Below are positions 1 to 12,486 of a stretch of 64,000 nucleotides of DNA, piece after piece. The notes beneath the pieces were generated by a model. The model was not told the DNA's origin, made no database searches, and worked only from the letters and a program-made list of their open reading frames with translations. Source of the stretch: Octopus vulgaris. Its lineage: Eukaryota. Where the stretch lies: positions 45,074,001-45,138,000 of the forward strand of contig OX597815.1 in NCBI GenBank assembly GCA_951406725.2, given 5' to 3'. Position 1 is the first letter of the stretch. Each line of letters opens with the position of its first letter. A program made the translations under genes and the position numbers.

Positions 1-1916
1 GTGTATGTGTGTGCAAGTGTATTTTGATTTCGAATTTTCTAGAAAAGGTGGAAGTAGAAATAGATAACGCTTATGAATAATAAATAGCGTGTAAATATTT
101 GGTTTAGAAAAAAAAACCCTTCGGTGGAAAAAGTAGCAGACTGTACGTAGAATACCCATCCTCTGTAAACATGATAAACGTTCTACCATTATACCAAAGG
201 TATCCTTTGAATTTCTCCGTCCATTTCAGGTGTTTTGTTCTTACCAACGAGAATTGCATGTTGTTTACATCATAAGAATTTAGAAAACTTCAGAGACGTG
301 AAACAAATCGATTTTAACGGTAGAACTCAAAATACACAAAGCTATAATAAATAAAAGATAGAAAAATTGAAGATTGGCCACCCCACTTTTTTTTGTAAAG
401 TTATTTTCAAAGTTTTTGGACTTTATCATTCTGTTTAATCTTCTTTCCCCTGAAATTTTAAAAGGGTTGTAGTATCTTTTTGTTTCGCTGCCTATCCTTT
501 CTTATATTATACTTATAACAACCAAGCAATCAAATTTCTTTTTTGGTTCCTCGAAAATGCTGTTCTTGGTGTACCTGCTTTGTTTTGACACGCAAGTCTG
601 TGATGATAAGTGTGTATGATAATATATCAGAACTTAGGGCTAGCGATACTTCAAACACTAGTGTAAAATTATATATAACGCTCCCAACCCATTAATTATC
701 ATAGATACCCTCAGCGTTGTTTAATCACCAGCATAACAGACGGTAGTTTTTTTAGTATGTCGTTCACAATGCTACTTTTCATCTTGTTTGAGAAAGATAT
801 AACAAATCTTTTGTGGGACTTGGCTGAATCTAGTCAAATTGGAACGGACTGGATAATATTCAAGTGAGGTTGCTGTAGACAACGGATTCAGACATTCAAA
901 TATAATAATAAAAAAAGGAAAGGTTGTACATACATCCATACATACTGAAACATACTTATATGCTTGATGGAGTAGCTGTATTGTCCCATTCTAACATTTT
1001 AACAAAGTGAGGTGAACTTGGAGTAGATAAAGACCTCGTGATTTTATATTTAAGGTTAAAATGAATGCTTGGAAAAATATCTTTTTGGCCTTTATGTGGA
1101 ATGCAAAACTACATAGGCCGTCTCTTTTATTTAGCAGAGGATAAAATAATACATTATAAATGTGTACTGTATTATTATATTCCTCTCTTTCTCCCTTCCT
1201 TCTTTCTCTTCTTTCTTTTCTCACGTCCAGTTCTCTTTCTACTTTTTCTCTCTCTTTCACTGTACATAAATCTTCATACTCTCTAATAGCTTTTGTTTTT
1301 CATTGCCCCATTCTTTTCCCGTTATCATTTTTTGTTGTCTTTCTTCTTTCAGGTGACAGAGCAAAACTGGAGCTAGATTTTTTGTATTATTTATACACTT
1401 TAGATTTAGTTTGATGACATATAAAAACAAAGCAAAACAAATAGCGGTGACAAAGTGCATACTGGTGTATGTGCATATGTATTTAACTGAATGCATTTGT
1501 ATCCATGTATATTCATGCGGCAGTATGAGATTTTGTTACAAGATTTAATATATCTTCAATATCTTCTTTCCACACCCTACTTCATTTGCAACACCTTGCC
1601 TGTAAGTATAAATAAACCTATCACTCGCTAACACTCAGTCATTTATTCAAATAATTTTGACTAAATGACCAACGTAACAGTCTTATAAGCGAGTAACACA
1701 GTAAACACTTCTCCAACTAGCCTTGTGGCTTATAGTAAATAGCAAAATACAAGAAGATGCTTAAAACTACATTCAGCAAAAACATAAGGTGGGGGAATGT
1801 TTTAATAGCTAAGACATTTAGTTTCGTCCCTTAACATTCTGGGTTGAAATCCTATTCAACTAGACTTTACCTCGTATTTTTATAAATCGACTATACATCA
1901 GAAACAGATCATGAGA

Positions 1917-1958
1917 ACGCCAGACGCATTTCAGCTTCATGAGCCTTGTCAATGGCGT
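1917..1958 (-). ncRNA. Degenerate minimal type I hammerhead ribozyme motif (PLE-type)
   Basis: Minus strand reads ACGCCA-TTGACAA-GGCT-CATGA-AGCT-GAAA-TGCG-TC-TGGCGT. The 6-bp stem I is intact; the CUGANGA core is decayed. Confidence 0.45.
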
Positions 1959-2465
1959 GTACTCACATCAGACGAGACTCGTCGCTTACGATTTGTAGAA
2001 AAGCAGTGATTTTGTATATTTGGTGCGCCAGAGTGTAATATATGTTTCAATTAATTCTTTTTATTTGCTCCAAGCGCTGCAATGCATCCTGCATAGGTTC
2101 TTGATAGAATTTTTAGAAAACGTGTTTTATAGATTTTTTAAAAGGCTTTTAGTCAGGGTAAAAGGCAGTACCCATGACTCCTTAGAGGACTTCTGAAACA
2201 GGTGAGAAGAAGGGAAAGATCTATCCTCACACTAGAAACCCCTCCGAACACTTATAACTGAGTGGACATTGATAAAATCATCCAAGATGCCAGGCGATAG
2301 GGTTAAACCAGGCAAAGGGTTAAGTCTACTACTCAAGAAGTCATGGCGAAAAGGTATGGAATAAATGCCGCCAGCATTCAGGCCAACGTTCTTTCAATTC
2401 CAATACATTCGCTGCTTTCTTCCAAGGAATCTAGTGCTCTTAGTTTAGTTTTTCCTTGGAGCTGG

Positions 2466-2532
2466 CCAGATTGGAGTAATCTCGAATATAACCAGCTGAA
2501 ATTGCAAAGATAATCTGGAACTCGACTGAGGA
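2466..2532 (+). ncRNA. Non-circularly permuted hammerhead-like motif, copy A
   Basis: GTAAT-C-TCGAAT ... GAAA-TTGC ... ACTCGA-CTGAGGA, plus an extra helix CCAGATT/AATCTGG. Homologous to 23151-23256 in the opposite orientation. Confidence 0.6.
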
Positions 2533-2792
2533 AAGAAAACTCCGAATGACACGTCCTACACAAAATTCTTGTCCGTCGTGGACGTGTCTGGAAGAGTCTA
2601 TCAGGCACGCTATTGGCTGACTATGTGTACATGTAACAAGACGTGATTGGTCGACGCAGCAGCTGCTAGTTGAGCAGCATTGTATAATTCTGCAGTTTTG
2701 AGTCGTGTTCACTTATGACGTTGTCACATTACAGTCTTACAGTGTAAGCAACAGCAGTGTACGTTATCGGCTTTTCGTTATTACTTGTCGTT

Positions 2793-3144
2793 ATGGAAGG
2801 TGAAGACGTTTTTGTTCGGACTGAGGATGAAGGGCCTGTTGAGGAGGCTGCAACGGCTGTGGGTGAGGCAGAGGTCACTCAGGTTGAGAGCCAAGAGTAA
2901 CAGAACCCGTGGCCCCACGTGGAAGATAATTTATCCTTACGTCAAGGAATAAGAGGAACGCCAAAATCCTGTACTTCCGGTGCGTCATGTGCCAGCCCAA
3001 GGAAACCGCAATCAAAGGACAAGCGACGAGCCTCTACAATTTGATGTCACATGTCAAGAGGAAACACCCAGCGCATGCCATCCAGTTTGAGGAGAGGATA
3101 AAGGCCGGCTCTTCCCGTGGGAAGCACCAAACAATCTTCTGGTA
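2793..3144 (+). pseudogene. hAT (Tol2-like) transposase N-terminus with BED zinc finger, disrupted
   Basis: Translates as MEGEDVF...*QNPWPHVED, frameshift, FILTSRNKRNAKILYFRCVMCQPKETAIKGQATSLYNLMSHVKRKHP. Shows PWP, CxxC and HxxxxH as in Tol2-type BED fingers. Confidence 0.8.
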
Positions 3145-3358
3145 GCAGTGTCAGCAGCCAGTCGTTGTAGCCATGTGCAAAGAAAGCACGCCAATACAGT
3201 ATTGTGAATATGTGGCTAAGGAGTCTACGGTTCCTATGTTGTGTTTAAGGAGTCTTCAATTCCTATTTCTAACAATGCTGGTGCTCACTGCACCCATGTC
3301 ACTCTTAGTGACGATGAATTATTTCCTTGTTGGTTTTAAATTGCTGCTAGCCACCTTG

Positions 3359-3360
<2 letters not shown>

Positions 3361-3432
<72 letters not shown>

Positions 3433-3441
3433 CATTATTAT
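3361..3441. repeat. (TAT)n microsatellite
   Basis: Direct reading. Confidence 0.95.
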
Positions 3442-3618
3442 ATAATTTTAAGCTTTTAAATTTACAACTTCGTAGCATTTTTTAATTACAGATTGCTCAA
3501 GGATGTCCCCTGGGTGGCGACCACCACGATCAGCTGGGGATGACAATACACTGGCTGGATCCCAAAACGCACATGAGACAACACGCAGTCCTGGACTGCT
3601 CTCGGCTCAGAGGACATC

Positions 3619-3731
3619 AGTACTTATTCTATCGGTCTCTTTTGCCGAACCACTAAGTGACGGGGACGTAAACACACCAGCATCGGTTGTCAAGCAATGC
3701 TAGGGGGACAAGCACAGACACACAAACATAT

Positions 3732-3764
<33 letters not shown>

Positions 3765-3934
3765 CATATATACGACAGGCTTCTTTTCAGTTTCCGTCTA
3801 CCAAATCCACTCACAAGGCATTGGTCAGCCTGGGGCTATAGCAGAAGACACTTGCCCAAGATGTCACGCAGTGGGACTGAACCCGGAACCATGTGGTTGG
3901 TAAGCAAGCTACTTACCACACAACCACTCCTGCG
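3619..3934 (-). mobile_element. CORE-like tRNA-derived SINE with internal microsatellite (family S2), 3' end truncated
   Basis: Reverse complement has the head GCAGGAGTGGTTGTGTGGTAAG...GGTTCAGTCCC and CTTGGGCAAGTGTCTTC. Matches 60501-60910. Confidence 0.85.
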
Positions 3935-4445
3935 TATGTATGTATGTATATATGTATGTATGTATGCATGTATGTATGTGTGTATGCATGGATGTATGTA
4001 TGTGTGTATACATGCATGTATATGTGTATACGTCTGTATATGTATATGCTTGTGTATGTATTCGTTGATATACTTAATTATTCACTGAAGTGTATGTTGA
4101 ATGACTTACATGCGGCTTTGTTATCCTTTATATTCCCTTGTTTCATTAATGGCCACATCAGAAGCAATGATAAAATATTTTCAGCGTTGTTTATTTGTCT
4201 TTGAGATTGCATGATGAATGTCTCTCTCCGACAGTTTAAAATGTAATATTCACTCTGTAAAGTAGTGATAATAAACATGTTGGATACGAAAATAAACACT
4301 AACCATTCAATTAGTTATGTAGCGAGGAAGTAACTAGTTTCCCAACATCAACAAAATTAGACACAACACAACAATAACTGTTACAACAGCAGAAAATACG
4401 AAAAATAGAAATGACACAACACCAACATCTATCTCTACAAGTACT

Positions 4446-4531
<86 letters not shown>

Positions 4532-4585
4532 GGTGGTGGTGGTGGTGGTGGTGGTGGTCGTCGTCGTCGTCGTAGTAGTAGTAGT
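4446..4585. repeat. Compound (GTA)n(GTG)n(GTC)n microsatellite
   Basis: Direct reading. Confidence 0.95.
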
Positions 4586-5182
4586 GTGACTAAAACGGTG
4601 ATGTTGGTGGTGAAACTAATGGACAAAGATAATTCGGTGTTTATTACAGAACAACATACGTCTTTGTTCCTGCTATTAATTTGGCTTTTGTTGCAGAAGG
4701 TGCTAATGGTAGTGGTGTTGTGGATGCCATCGTTATTACCAAAGTCAGTATCGACTTCGTTATCGTTATTTCTGATTGCTATAAATACATCATGTAAGCA
4801 ATTTTTTTTTTTACTTTTCTCCGTCTTTTTTCGTTACAAAACAAATAAATAAATAACTAAAGGGGGAAAGTACTGTTATAATAATCTACAGCCCGTGTCA
4901 GAGGTGACATGTGAAACCTTACAGGCTAAAAACTAAACCTATTTTGATTAATTTCTTCCAGATGGCATTACCTGCAACGTATTCCATTTCCGGTGTTTTT
5001 TACTTGGCATCACTGCACTGTATAAAAGAAAACAGAAACGAAGGAAAAAGTAAGAAAGGAAAAAAGAAAGAAAGAAAAAATAAACACAACAAACAAAAAT
5101 GAAAAGTGTATTGTTACTCAAATTCGTTTCTTGAGCTTTTATAAATAAGCAGCCGAGGAAGTGAAGTACTACATCCATGTAA

Positions 5183-5382
5183 TATATTTTCCGGTATACG
5201 AGTCGAATTTTTCAAACCAAAATCTACAATAAAAAAAGGTAGGTTGACTTATATACATTAAGACGATTTTAGAGGACCAAAAATTTCATTATCTTTTCAT
5301 TTGGAAAGAGAATGACAACATTTGAATATTTACACTGCAAGTTTACACTATATGAATCGATTCGTATGCTGGAAAATACGGT
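5183..5382 (-). mobile_element. pogo/Tigger-like MITE (same family as 14370-14578)
   Basis: Degenerate terminal inverted repeats (TIRs) ending GGAAAATACGGTA. Internal sequence is the reverse complement of 14370-14578. Confidence 0.6.
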
Positions 5383-5774
5383 AAATGTAAGTGATGAATT
5401 TAGAATAATACAGATAAACATTTATGATCCGGAGGGGCAACAATTTGATCGTCTGTGTATAGAGTTGAAACTTATTCAGTCTGCACTCATACGAGTAAGA
5501 CGCTTTTGTTTTGTTGATTTCGTACATAAGTTACTAGCGAGATATGTCGTTGGAAAGTGAAAGAGATTATATAACATATCTTTCGCACGGATATTAGAGG
5601 TGGCAATGAGGTGGATTAGTTTACTGTTGGAATCGAGAATGGGTCGCAGATTAGACTCGTTGGTAGATGATATTATGCTCATGCTGTTGAATGGGCATTA
5701 TTGACTCGACATTATTAACTTAACTTGGGGCCGACGGTATCGACATATACCCCTCCCTTCGAAATTTCTGGCCT

Positions 5775-5960
5775 TCATCATCATCCATCAGCGAAGTGCC
5801 CTCTCTGTGTCAAGACTTTCTTGTTCCCTGTCTTGTACTGCATGCATACAATCCACCAGGCTCTTGTTTCCAGTCCATTCTTTGAGGTTGTCATTCCACA
5901 AACATCTTTGGCGATTTTTTGCTTCTCCTCCATACTTTTTGTCAAGATGGTCTTGGGGGT
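5775..5960 (-). mobile_element. RTE-clade LINE 3' end fragment
   Basis: RQRCLWNDNLKEWTG...AVQDREQ matches the RTE C-terminal motif. Ends in a (TGA)n-like tail. Confidence 0.6.
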
Positions 5961-6216
5961 TAGAGTGGTTGAATATTAAAGTGTCGGACAAAATATCTTA
6001 GGGTATTTGTTCTGGCTCTTTAAGTTCTGATTTCAAATCCTACGGTGGGCAACTTTTCTCACTTTAGGGGTTGATAAAATAAAGTACCAGTGCAACACTA
6101 AGGTTTGATATAATCGAGTATACACTTCTTCTACTTAAATATTTACACGTGAATTAACTGCTAAGATTTTAATTTGAATTAGGCTGGACGTTATAAACTC
6201 CTGTTTGAAACTGAAA

Positions 6217-6885
6217 TTAGAATATGATATGGGCAATGGTTTCATCAACTATTTTGCAATTTCTGCACAGCGGAGATACTTTCTCATTCCTCAGGTTGAC
6301 CCTCCAGTTCGTGACCAGAGCTTGGTCTTGCACTGCCAGTATAGTGCTCTCAGTCTCTTTTGTTAGGGTTCCTTTCATCAGCCAATCCCACCTATTTTTC
6401 GAGCAACTTCTGTTGTGGCTACATGGAATTGATTGTGTAGTCCATTCATGCATAGTTCTTCTTCATGTCTTTTTTGTACTTCTTCCTTTATTTTTCCTTT
6501 TTCTCGACTGTCAATACTCCCTCGTTCCTAACTATCACCAGCAAAGTTTCCTTACTTTGGGCTGGCTAAGTATCTCTTCAAACTCTTGAGTTCGATACGC
6601 ACACCGTCTTCCACACTTATCAGTCCCCTTCCTCCATTTGCTCTCTTCATCTATAGGCGATCAGTGTCCGCACGTGAATGATGAACTCCGTGCGTCGTTG
6701 GGAGCTTTCTTGACTTCCTGTCCATCTACTTTAGCTCCACCTCTGTCCACTTCAGGATTCCAACACCATATCGAACTGCTGCGACTGCGCGTGAGTTTAT
6801 TGCCGAAATTATGTTTCTGGCATTCAGCTTTGAAGCCAATATTTCTCTCACTCGCCGCAGATACTCACTTTTTGTCTTTTCCTTC
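6217..6885 (-). mobile_element. R4/Dong-like non-LTR retrotransposon fragment (post-RT region to CCHC finger)
   Basis: EYLRRVREILASKLNARNIISAINSRAVAAVRYGVGILKWT and WLMKGTLTKETESTILAVQDQAL...CRNCKIVDETIAHII. Confidence 0.88.
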
Positions 6886-6897
6886 CTTCCTTCCTTT

Positions 6898-6927
6898 CTT
6901 CTTCTTCTTCTTCTTCTTCTTCTTCTT

Positions 6928-6957
<30 letters not shown>
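6898..6957. repeat. (CTT)n microsatellite
   Basis: Direct reading. Confidence 0.95.
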
Positions 6958-6958
<1 letters not shown>

Positions 6959-6978
6959 TCATTATTATTATTATTATG

Positions 6979-7200
6979 AAAGGCGCCAAACTGGCAGAAT
7001 CGTTAGCACGCCGGGCAAAATGCTTAGCGGCATTTCGTCCGTTTTTACGTTCTGAAGTCAATTTCCGCTGAAGTCAACTTTGCCTTTCATCCTTTCGCAG
7101 TTGGTGATAAAATAAGTACCAGCTGAGCACTGGGATAGATACAATGGATTAGCCCCCTTTCACAAAATTTTAGGCCTTCTGCCTATAATAGAATATATTA
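6979..7200 (+). mobile_element. Meta-domain SINE (family S3), short tail
   Basis: Head AAGGCG..CTGGCAGAATCGTTAGC and central TTTGCCTTTCATCCTTTCG..GATAAAATAAGTACC. Many copies in the window. Confidence 0.85.
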
Positions 7201-7367
7201 CAATATCATACGTTTACATATATTATTCTTCATACATTGTTGTATTTCGAGATGGTAATTTTTTTTTATGGCCAAATAAGCACACGCACTAGATATTCGT
7301 TCTTGTATCTTATTGTATACAATTAAGTAATATGTACAATTTATCTAATTGTAGTACAGTAAATAAT

Positions 7368-7770
7368 AGGCGTAGCTGTGTGGTAAGAAGCTAACCTCCC
7401 AACCACATGGTTCTGGATTCAGTCCGAGTGCGTAGCACCTTGGACAAGTATCTTCTACTATAGCCTCAGACCGACCAAGGCCTTGTGACTGCATTTGGTA
7501 GACGGAAACTGGAAGAAGCCCGTTGCATATGTATATATTTGTGTGTATGTGTGAGTGTGTGTATGTGTCCGTCCGCCATCGCTCGACAATTGATGCTGGT
7601 GTGCTTATGTCCCCGTAACTTAGCGGTTCGGCAAAAAAGCCCAATAGAGTAAGTACTAGACTTACAAAGAATAAGTCCTGGGGTCGATTTCGTCGACTGA
7701 CACCCTTTAAGGCGGTGCTCCATCATGGCCGCTGTCAGATGACTAAAACAAATAAAAGAATAAAAGAATT
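7368..7770 (+). mobile_element. CORE-like SINE S2
   Basis: Full-length match to 60501-60910, including the internal microsatellite and (TAAAAGA) tail. Confidence 0.88.
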
Positions 7771-8088
7771 AGATAAATTGTACATATATGATAAATAATT
7801 GAAAGGCTAACTGTTCATTGCTGGTTGTTGAAATATACACAACTTTGTCATTAATTTTCAGCAAGAAACCAATCAATGGCAGAATCAGCAGCTCATCAGA
7901 CAAAACGTATAATGGTTTAATTATGTTTTCAAACGCATTAAATTCAAGGGTAGAGATCTGGGACAGAGAACTGGGGATCTTTCATCTGTCCTTGCATCTA
8001 AGAAAGGAATTTTAATCAGGAATACATTTGTCTAAGTCAAACATTCCAATCAAAGCACCCTGAAGTCTGGTAAGTTATCTATATTGGG

Positions 8089-8400
8089 AGAAGGCGCGTG
8101 GCTTGTTGGCTAGGGTATTCGGCTCACTAGCGTAAGGCCGTGAGTTCGATTTCCCGTCACGCGTCTTGAGCAAGAAGCTTTATTTCTCGTTCCTCCAGTC
8201 CATTCAGCTGGCAAACATGAGTTGTACCCGTAATTTAAAGAGCCAAACTTCTTACACTCTATGCCACACTGAATCTTCCTTAGAACTGCGTTAAAGATAC
8301 GCGTGGCAGGGAAGTGCCACTTACACGTTAATTTTACGACCATACTGTTAGGTTGATCGTATCAACTGGATCATTCGTCGTTGTAACCGACGGAGAGCCA
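8089..8400 (+). mobile_element. tRNA-derived SINE, head H2 + tail A
   Basis: GAAGGCGCGTGGC...GAGTTCGATTTCCC (A/B boxes) and CTTGAGCAAG core. Its tail is shared with 25600-25983. Confidence 0.75.
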
Positions 8401-9246
8401 GGCCATCTACTGCGGATACAATAAATTTCTTTTGATCGTTTCAATATTTTATTAAATATGTTTTCCAGATATATATCTTGCATCTAGCGGGAGTTAAAAG
8501 AAAAAAGTTTAATTCTCGCTACTAGTCTATCAAGTTAAACAAAATACATATGTAGTTGTTGTGTTAGACTTCTAAAATGACAGTGGTATTCATATTTTAT
8601 TGGAGGCGGATGAAAATAAAAATAGAAATAATGGTAATAACATGTCAGAAAGTCGATGTGGTTGGTAACAAGAACAACATAAATAAGAACGCAAACAAAA
8701 GAAAACAATAATATAATAACAAATGTACCAGAAATATTTAATAGTGAAATTGCGAGAAAACTGTGATTAGACATAATGCCAGTTACTGGACGAAACAGAA
8801 GAAAACTTTCTCGACCAAGCACAATCGTGTAGGCAACTGTATTTTTAAAATATGCGGTGACAATAAAATTCTCACGTTCAAGCAGAGAAATAAAGCGGAA
8901 AGGCTTGTGAGGTGCTTACATCGTAGTGTATAAAAGCAAGACATTCAGGAACGGTGAAATAGAGTCACAAAAATATTCCGTACAAATGTGGATGGTCTTG
9001 TGTGGTATTTATATGGTACGGTATGAAAAAGGATATGGAACAGGAAAAGTGATCTGAATAAGGAAGGACAACGCAAAAATATATACTAGGCTGTTCTATA
9101 TGTCTGGGACTGGTTCTACTTAATGTAACATCTATGTGGTGTTGAGATGTGAGGATGTAAAAGCACATGAAGTAAACGTGTGTGGTGGTTGTGATAAAGA
9201 ACTTAGTTTTATTCTCTTTAAAAGTGTGTATCTGTAAGACAAAAAG

Positions 9247-9650
9247 CGCAAGAAAATTGGAGTTAAGGGTGAAAAGTAGTAAACTGAAATGTTTGAAGGT
9301 ACGTGAAAACATTTCGTCTCCATTGACAACAAATAATTACAAAATTAACAACAAGCAACTACAACAATCACAGTCGCTACAACCATTATTACACCAGGAA
9401 CAGTAACAACATTAAGCTGAAAAGTATTTGTCCAACCAACAATAGGTGCAAGAAAATTGGAGTTAAGGGTGAAAAGTAGAAAACTGAAATATCTGAAAGC
9501 ACTTGAAGACATTTTGTCTCCATTGACAACAAACAATTACAAAATGAACATCTGAAACAAGAGAAGCAACTACGGTAGCAACAGTTGGTACAACCATCAT
9601 TACACCAGGAACAGCAGCAAAATTAAGCTGAAAAGTGTTGGACCAACCTG
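9247..9650. repeat. Tandem duplication, two diverged ~200-bp units
   Basis: GCAAGAAAATTGGAGTTAAGGGTGAAAAGTAG...ATTAAGCTGAAAAGT occurs at ~9248 and ~9448. Confidence 0.85.
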
Positions 9651-12417
9651 CAATGCAAAAAAAACTGCATTGGAAAACAAAATGTGAGGAGAAAACATGT
9701 CAATAAATACTTCAAGAAGTTACTGAAGACGAACAAAAATACAGCACAACGTCATCCGGAGATCTCAGTTGTGTACATTAAATAACTAGGATAGCCTGAA
9801 GTATTTTCGAGTTCTTGGCATAAAACTGTCTCATTCCGAAATAGTTTTATAACTTGAAAATTTACTGCATTTAATTGTTGAAAATTGCATAACAATCGAT
9901 TGAATGATTATGTTATTGATGATTTTGTCTTCAATGCAACTTCAACTGCTGCTGTTTTCTTGCATTTGCGAAGATGATTCTTTGTAATTTACAACTTATA
10001 AAATAATTCTTTCTGGTACAGTTGGTGCCCATAAACCATATAAATTTCAACGGTGAAAGACAATATTTCAACTGGTCTGAAGTTACACAGGAGCGCGCGC
10101 ACAACACGCACGCACGCACGTACACACACACGTATGAAGTATGTATATAAATATGTAGAAAATTAATTTTGTTTACAGATCCATGCTTGCAATCCAGTAT
10201 AACGTCCTGATGTATTTGAGACATTGTCATATGATTGGATGTACCCGTTTGGTATCAAAATATTGTTTTCTTGCTGGGACCCTATATACTGCCAGCTAAA
10301 TTCTTCGTCTCTCGGGGGAAGATGGAGATGAATTTAAGAAAACTTTCCGCCAGTGTACTTTCCGGAATTTTCGGGAAATTAAATATTACTTGATTAATAT
10401 GTGCGTTATCCAGAATATCGATACGTATTGAAAAATACGAGATATTGATTTTTGGATGTTGACATTTTTATTGGATCTACTATTACTGTATCTTTTGTAT
10501 ACGACAGTCGTGGATATATCAGAAGGTGATATTAAATCTCATTAGCATTCTTAGTTAACGTTACGAAATCATATGTTTCTTCAAATACTTCCGTAAGTGA
10601 AGCTTCAGTATCTGCAAATGAAGGGTTCAAATGAAAAATTCCATGCAAGAGTAGAATAAATGTTGATAGTGTATCCAGATTAGAAGCAGCAGGAGTTGAA
10701 CAGGAATGAACCAAACCTATAAAGTTTGCTGTCTTCATTTTTCTTTACAGAGTTTTTCCTGTTTTGTGTTCCACTAAGATATATCCGTTCCATTCCTGTT
10801 AAAAATTACAAAATCCTATTTTGCAAAAATTACAAAAGCACATTCTGAAAATGATTCAAAACTACGGACACAACAATGAACGATGTATGAAATTAAGCGA
10901 TGAAATACGAGATCAAATTCTGCATCAAGCTTTTCAAAAACGTAAAGAAATATTCAATGTAAATTATTATAAATATTAATATACCGGAAATGGGTTTTAT
11001 GAAACAAACAGTTAAGTATATACGATTAGGCTTAGTTTTCTATACGATAGAGTATGATGACATGTTTATCCTACAATTAGCTATATTCTATGAACTGTTT
11101 AACAGTTCATGCAGCTTGTAACATCTCTTGAGCATTGTATTACACGTATATAAAACTGCATATTAAACGTGGAAACGCAAAGAAATAGTAGAGTGATGGA
11201 CTGTGGCTGTACCAATTGTGTCAAATGACGAACATGAAGAGTTTCCGACTACATAAATCAATTACACACTAGATAGCGTAGTTTTAACATGTATTTTCCT
11301 TCTAAAAAGGCAGCGATTTCCCATCAACCCTACTACTATCTAATAATATAAACCCGAAACAACTCTCTCTAACTACAGGAAATTGTAACCAAGTATTCTC
11401 CAGATTCTGCGTTGCTGTCTTCAAATTGGTTATTTCAAGATAAATTAATACGGAAAATAATATAAAAGGGAAGAATAGGAGTTGATCTCGGTTAGAATGC
11501 CGGTAGAAGGGTGACATTTCATAGAACAGAAAATTCTCTCCCAATACATGCAGACATCATAGGACGATAGAAGTTAACTCTCGGCACATAAAAGGAGGCC
11601 TTGATGACTGTACAAATATATGATTCTTACATACCTTCAACATCTTTATGCAAAACCGGTGAACAACAAAAATAATGCGGAAAATGCATGACTTGACCGT
11701 GTACAGAATAATGATATCCAACGTGGTCATAATACCTCACATTTCTGAAAAGATTCAATATAGTCAGCTTTAAATTTCCTTCCACATTTAGGATGCATTA
11801 TAACAAAAGAAATAAAAGCGAATACAGTAAAAGTCATCGTGTTATTCAAAGGTTAAACTTGTTTCAGTCATTGGACTGCAGCCATGCTGGGGCACCGTCT
11901 TGAAGTGCTTTAGCGGTACTTCGTCCGATTCTATGCTCTGAGTTCAACCTTCGCTAAAGTCGACTTTGCTTTTATCCTCCCAGGGTCGCTAAATAAGTAC
12001 CAGTTGAGCACTGGGGTTGATGTAACCGACTTACCCCATCCTGGATTTGGTGGTCATATGCTAAAATTTGAAATCAATATATAATATCATCAAATAGTTC
12101 ATATTTGTTTAAATTTAATTTCTCGTTTCATTTTAAGGCCTCAGCAATAAATATTTCCTGCAGCACTGGGAGGAATGTTTTCACCAGTACACTTCCAGCT
12201 ACCTCAAAATATCTGGTTTTGTGTCTTCACCAGGAATCAATATATTATAGTGAGTCATATTTATCTTGTGTTATATTCCTAAACACCCGTATTTCAGAGC
12301 AACTCACCTCCGTTTCTGAGATTACCACATTATATCCTAGCTGTGTGCAATACCCACAATGTGTAATCAATTTATCTTCCTTAACTCCCGTTTATAATAT
12401 GTGGGAGTTTGATTAAA

Positions 12418-12486
12418 AAGTCGCAGATAATTAGGTGGAACCCTGACTCTTTTCGAGTCAGGGTTCCACCTAATTATCTGCGACTT
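12418..12486. repeat. Perfect 32-bp inverted repeat with 5-nt loop
   Basis: AAGTCGCAGATAATTAGGTGGAACCCTGACTC-TTTTC-GAGTCAGGGTTCCACCTAATTATCTGCGACTT. Confidence 0.95.

Noticed and set aside
120-900. Very old PLE endonuclease remnant (IIYQ, WDL..W)
   Set aside because: The motifs are too short and degenerate to support a call.
10200-10800. Coding-like minus-strand stretch after an acceptor-like site
   Set aside because: Stops occur in all frames and no domain is recognisable.
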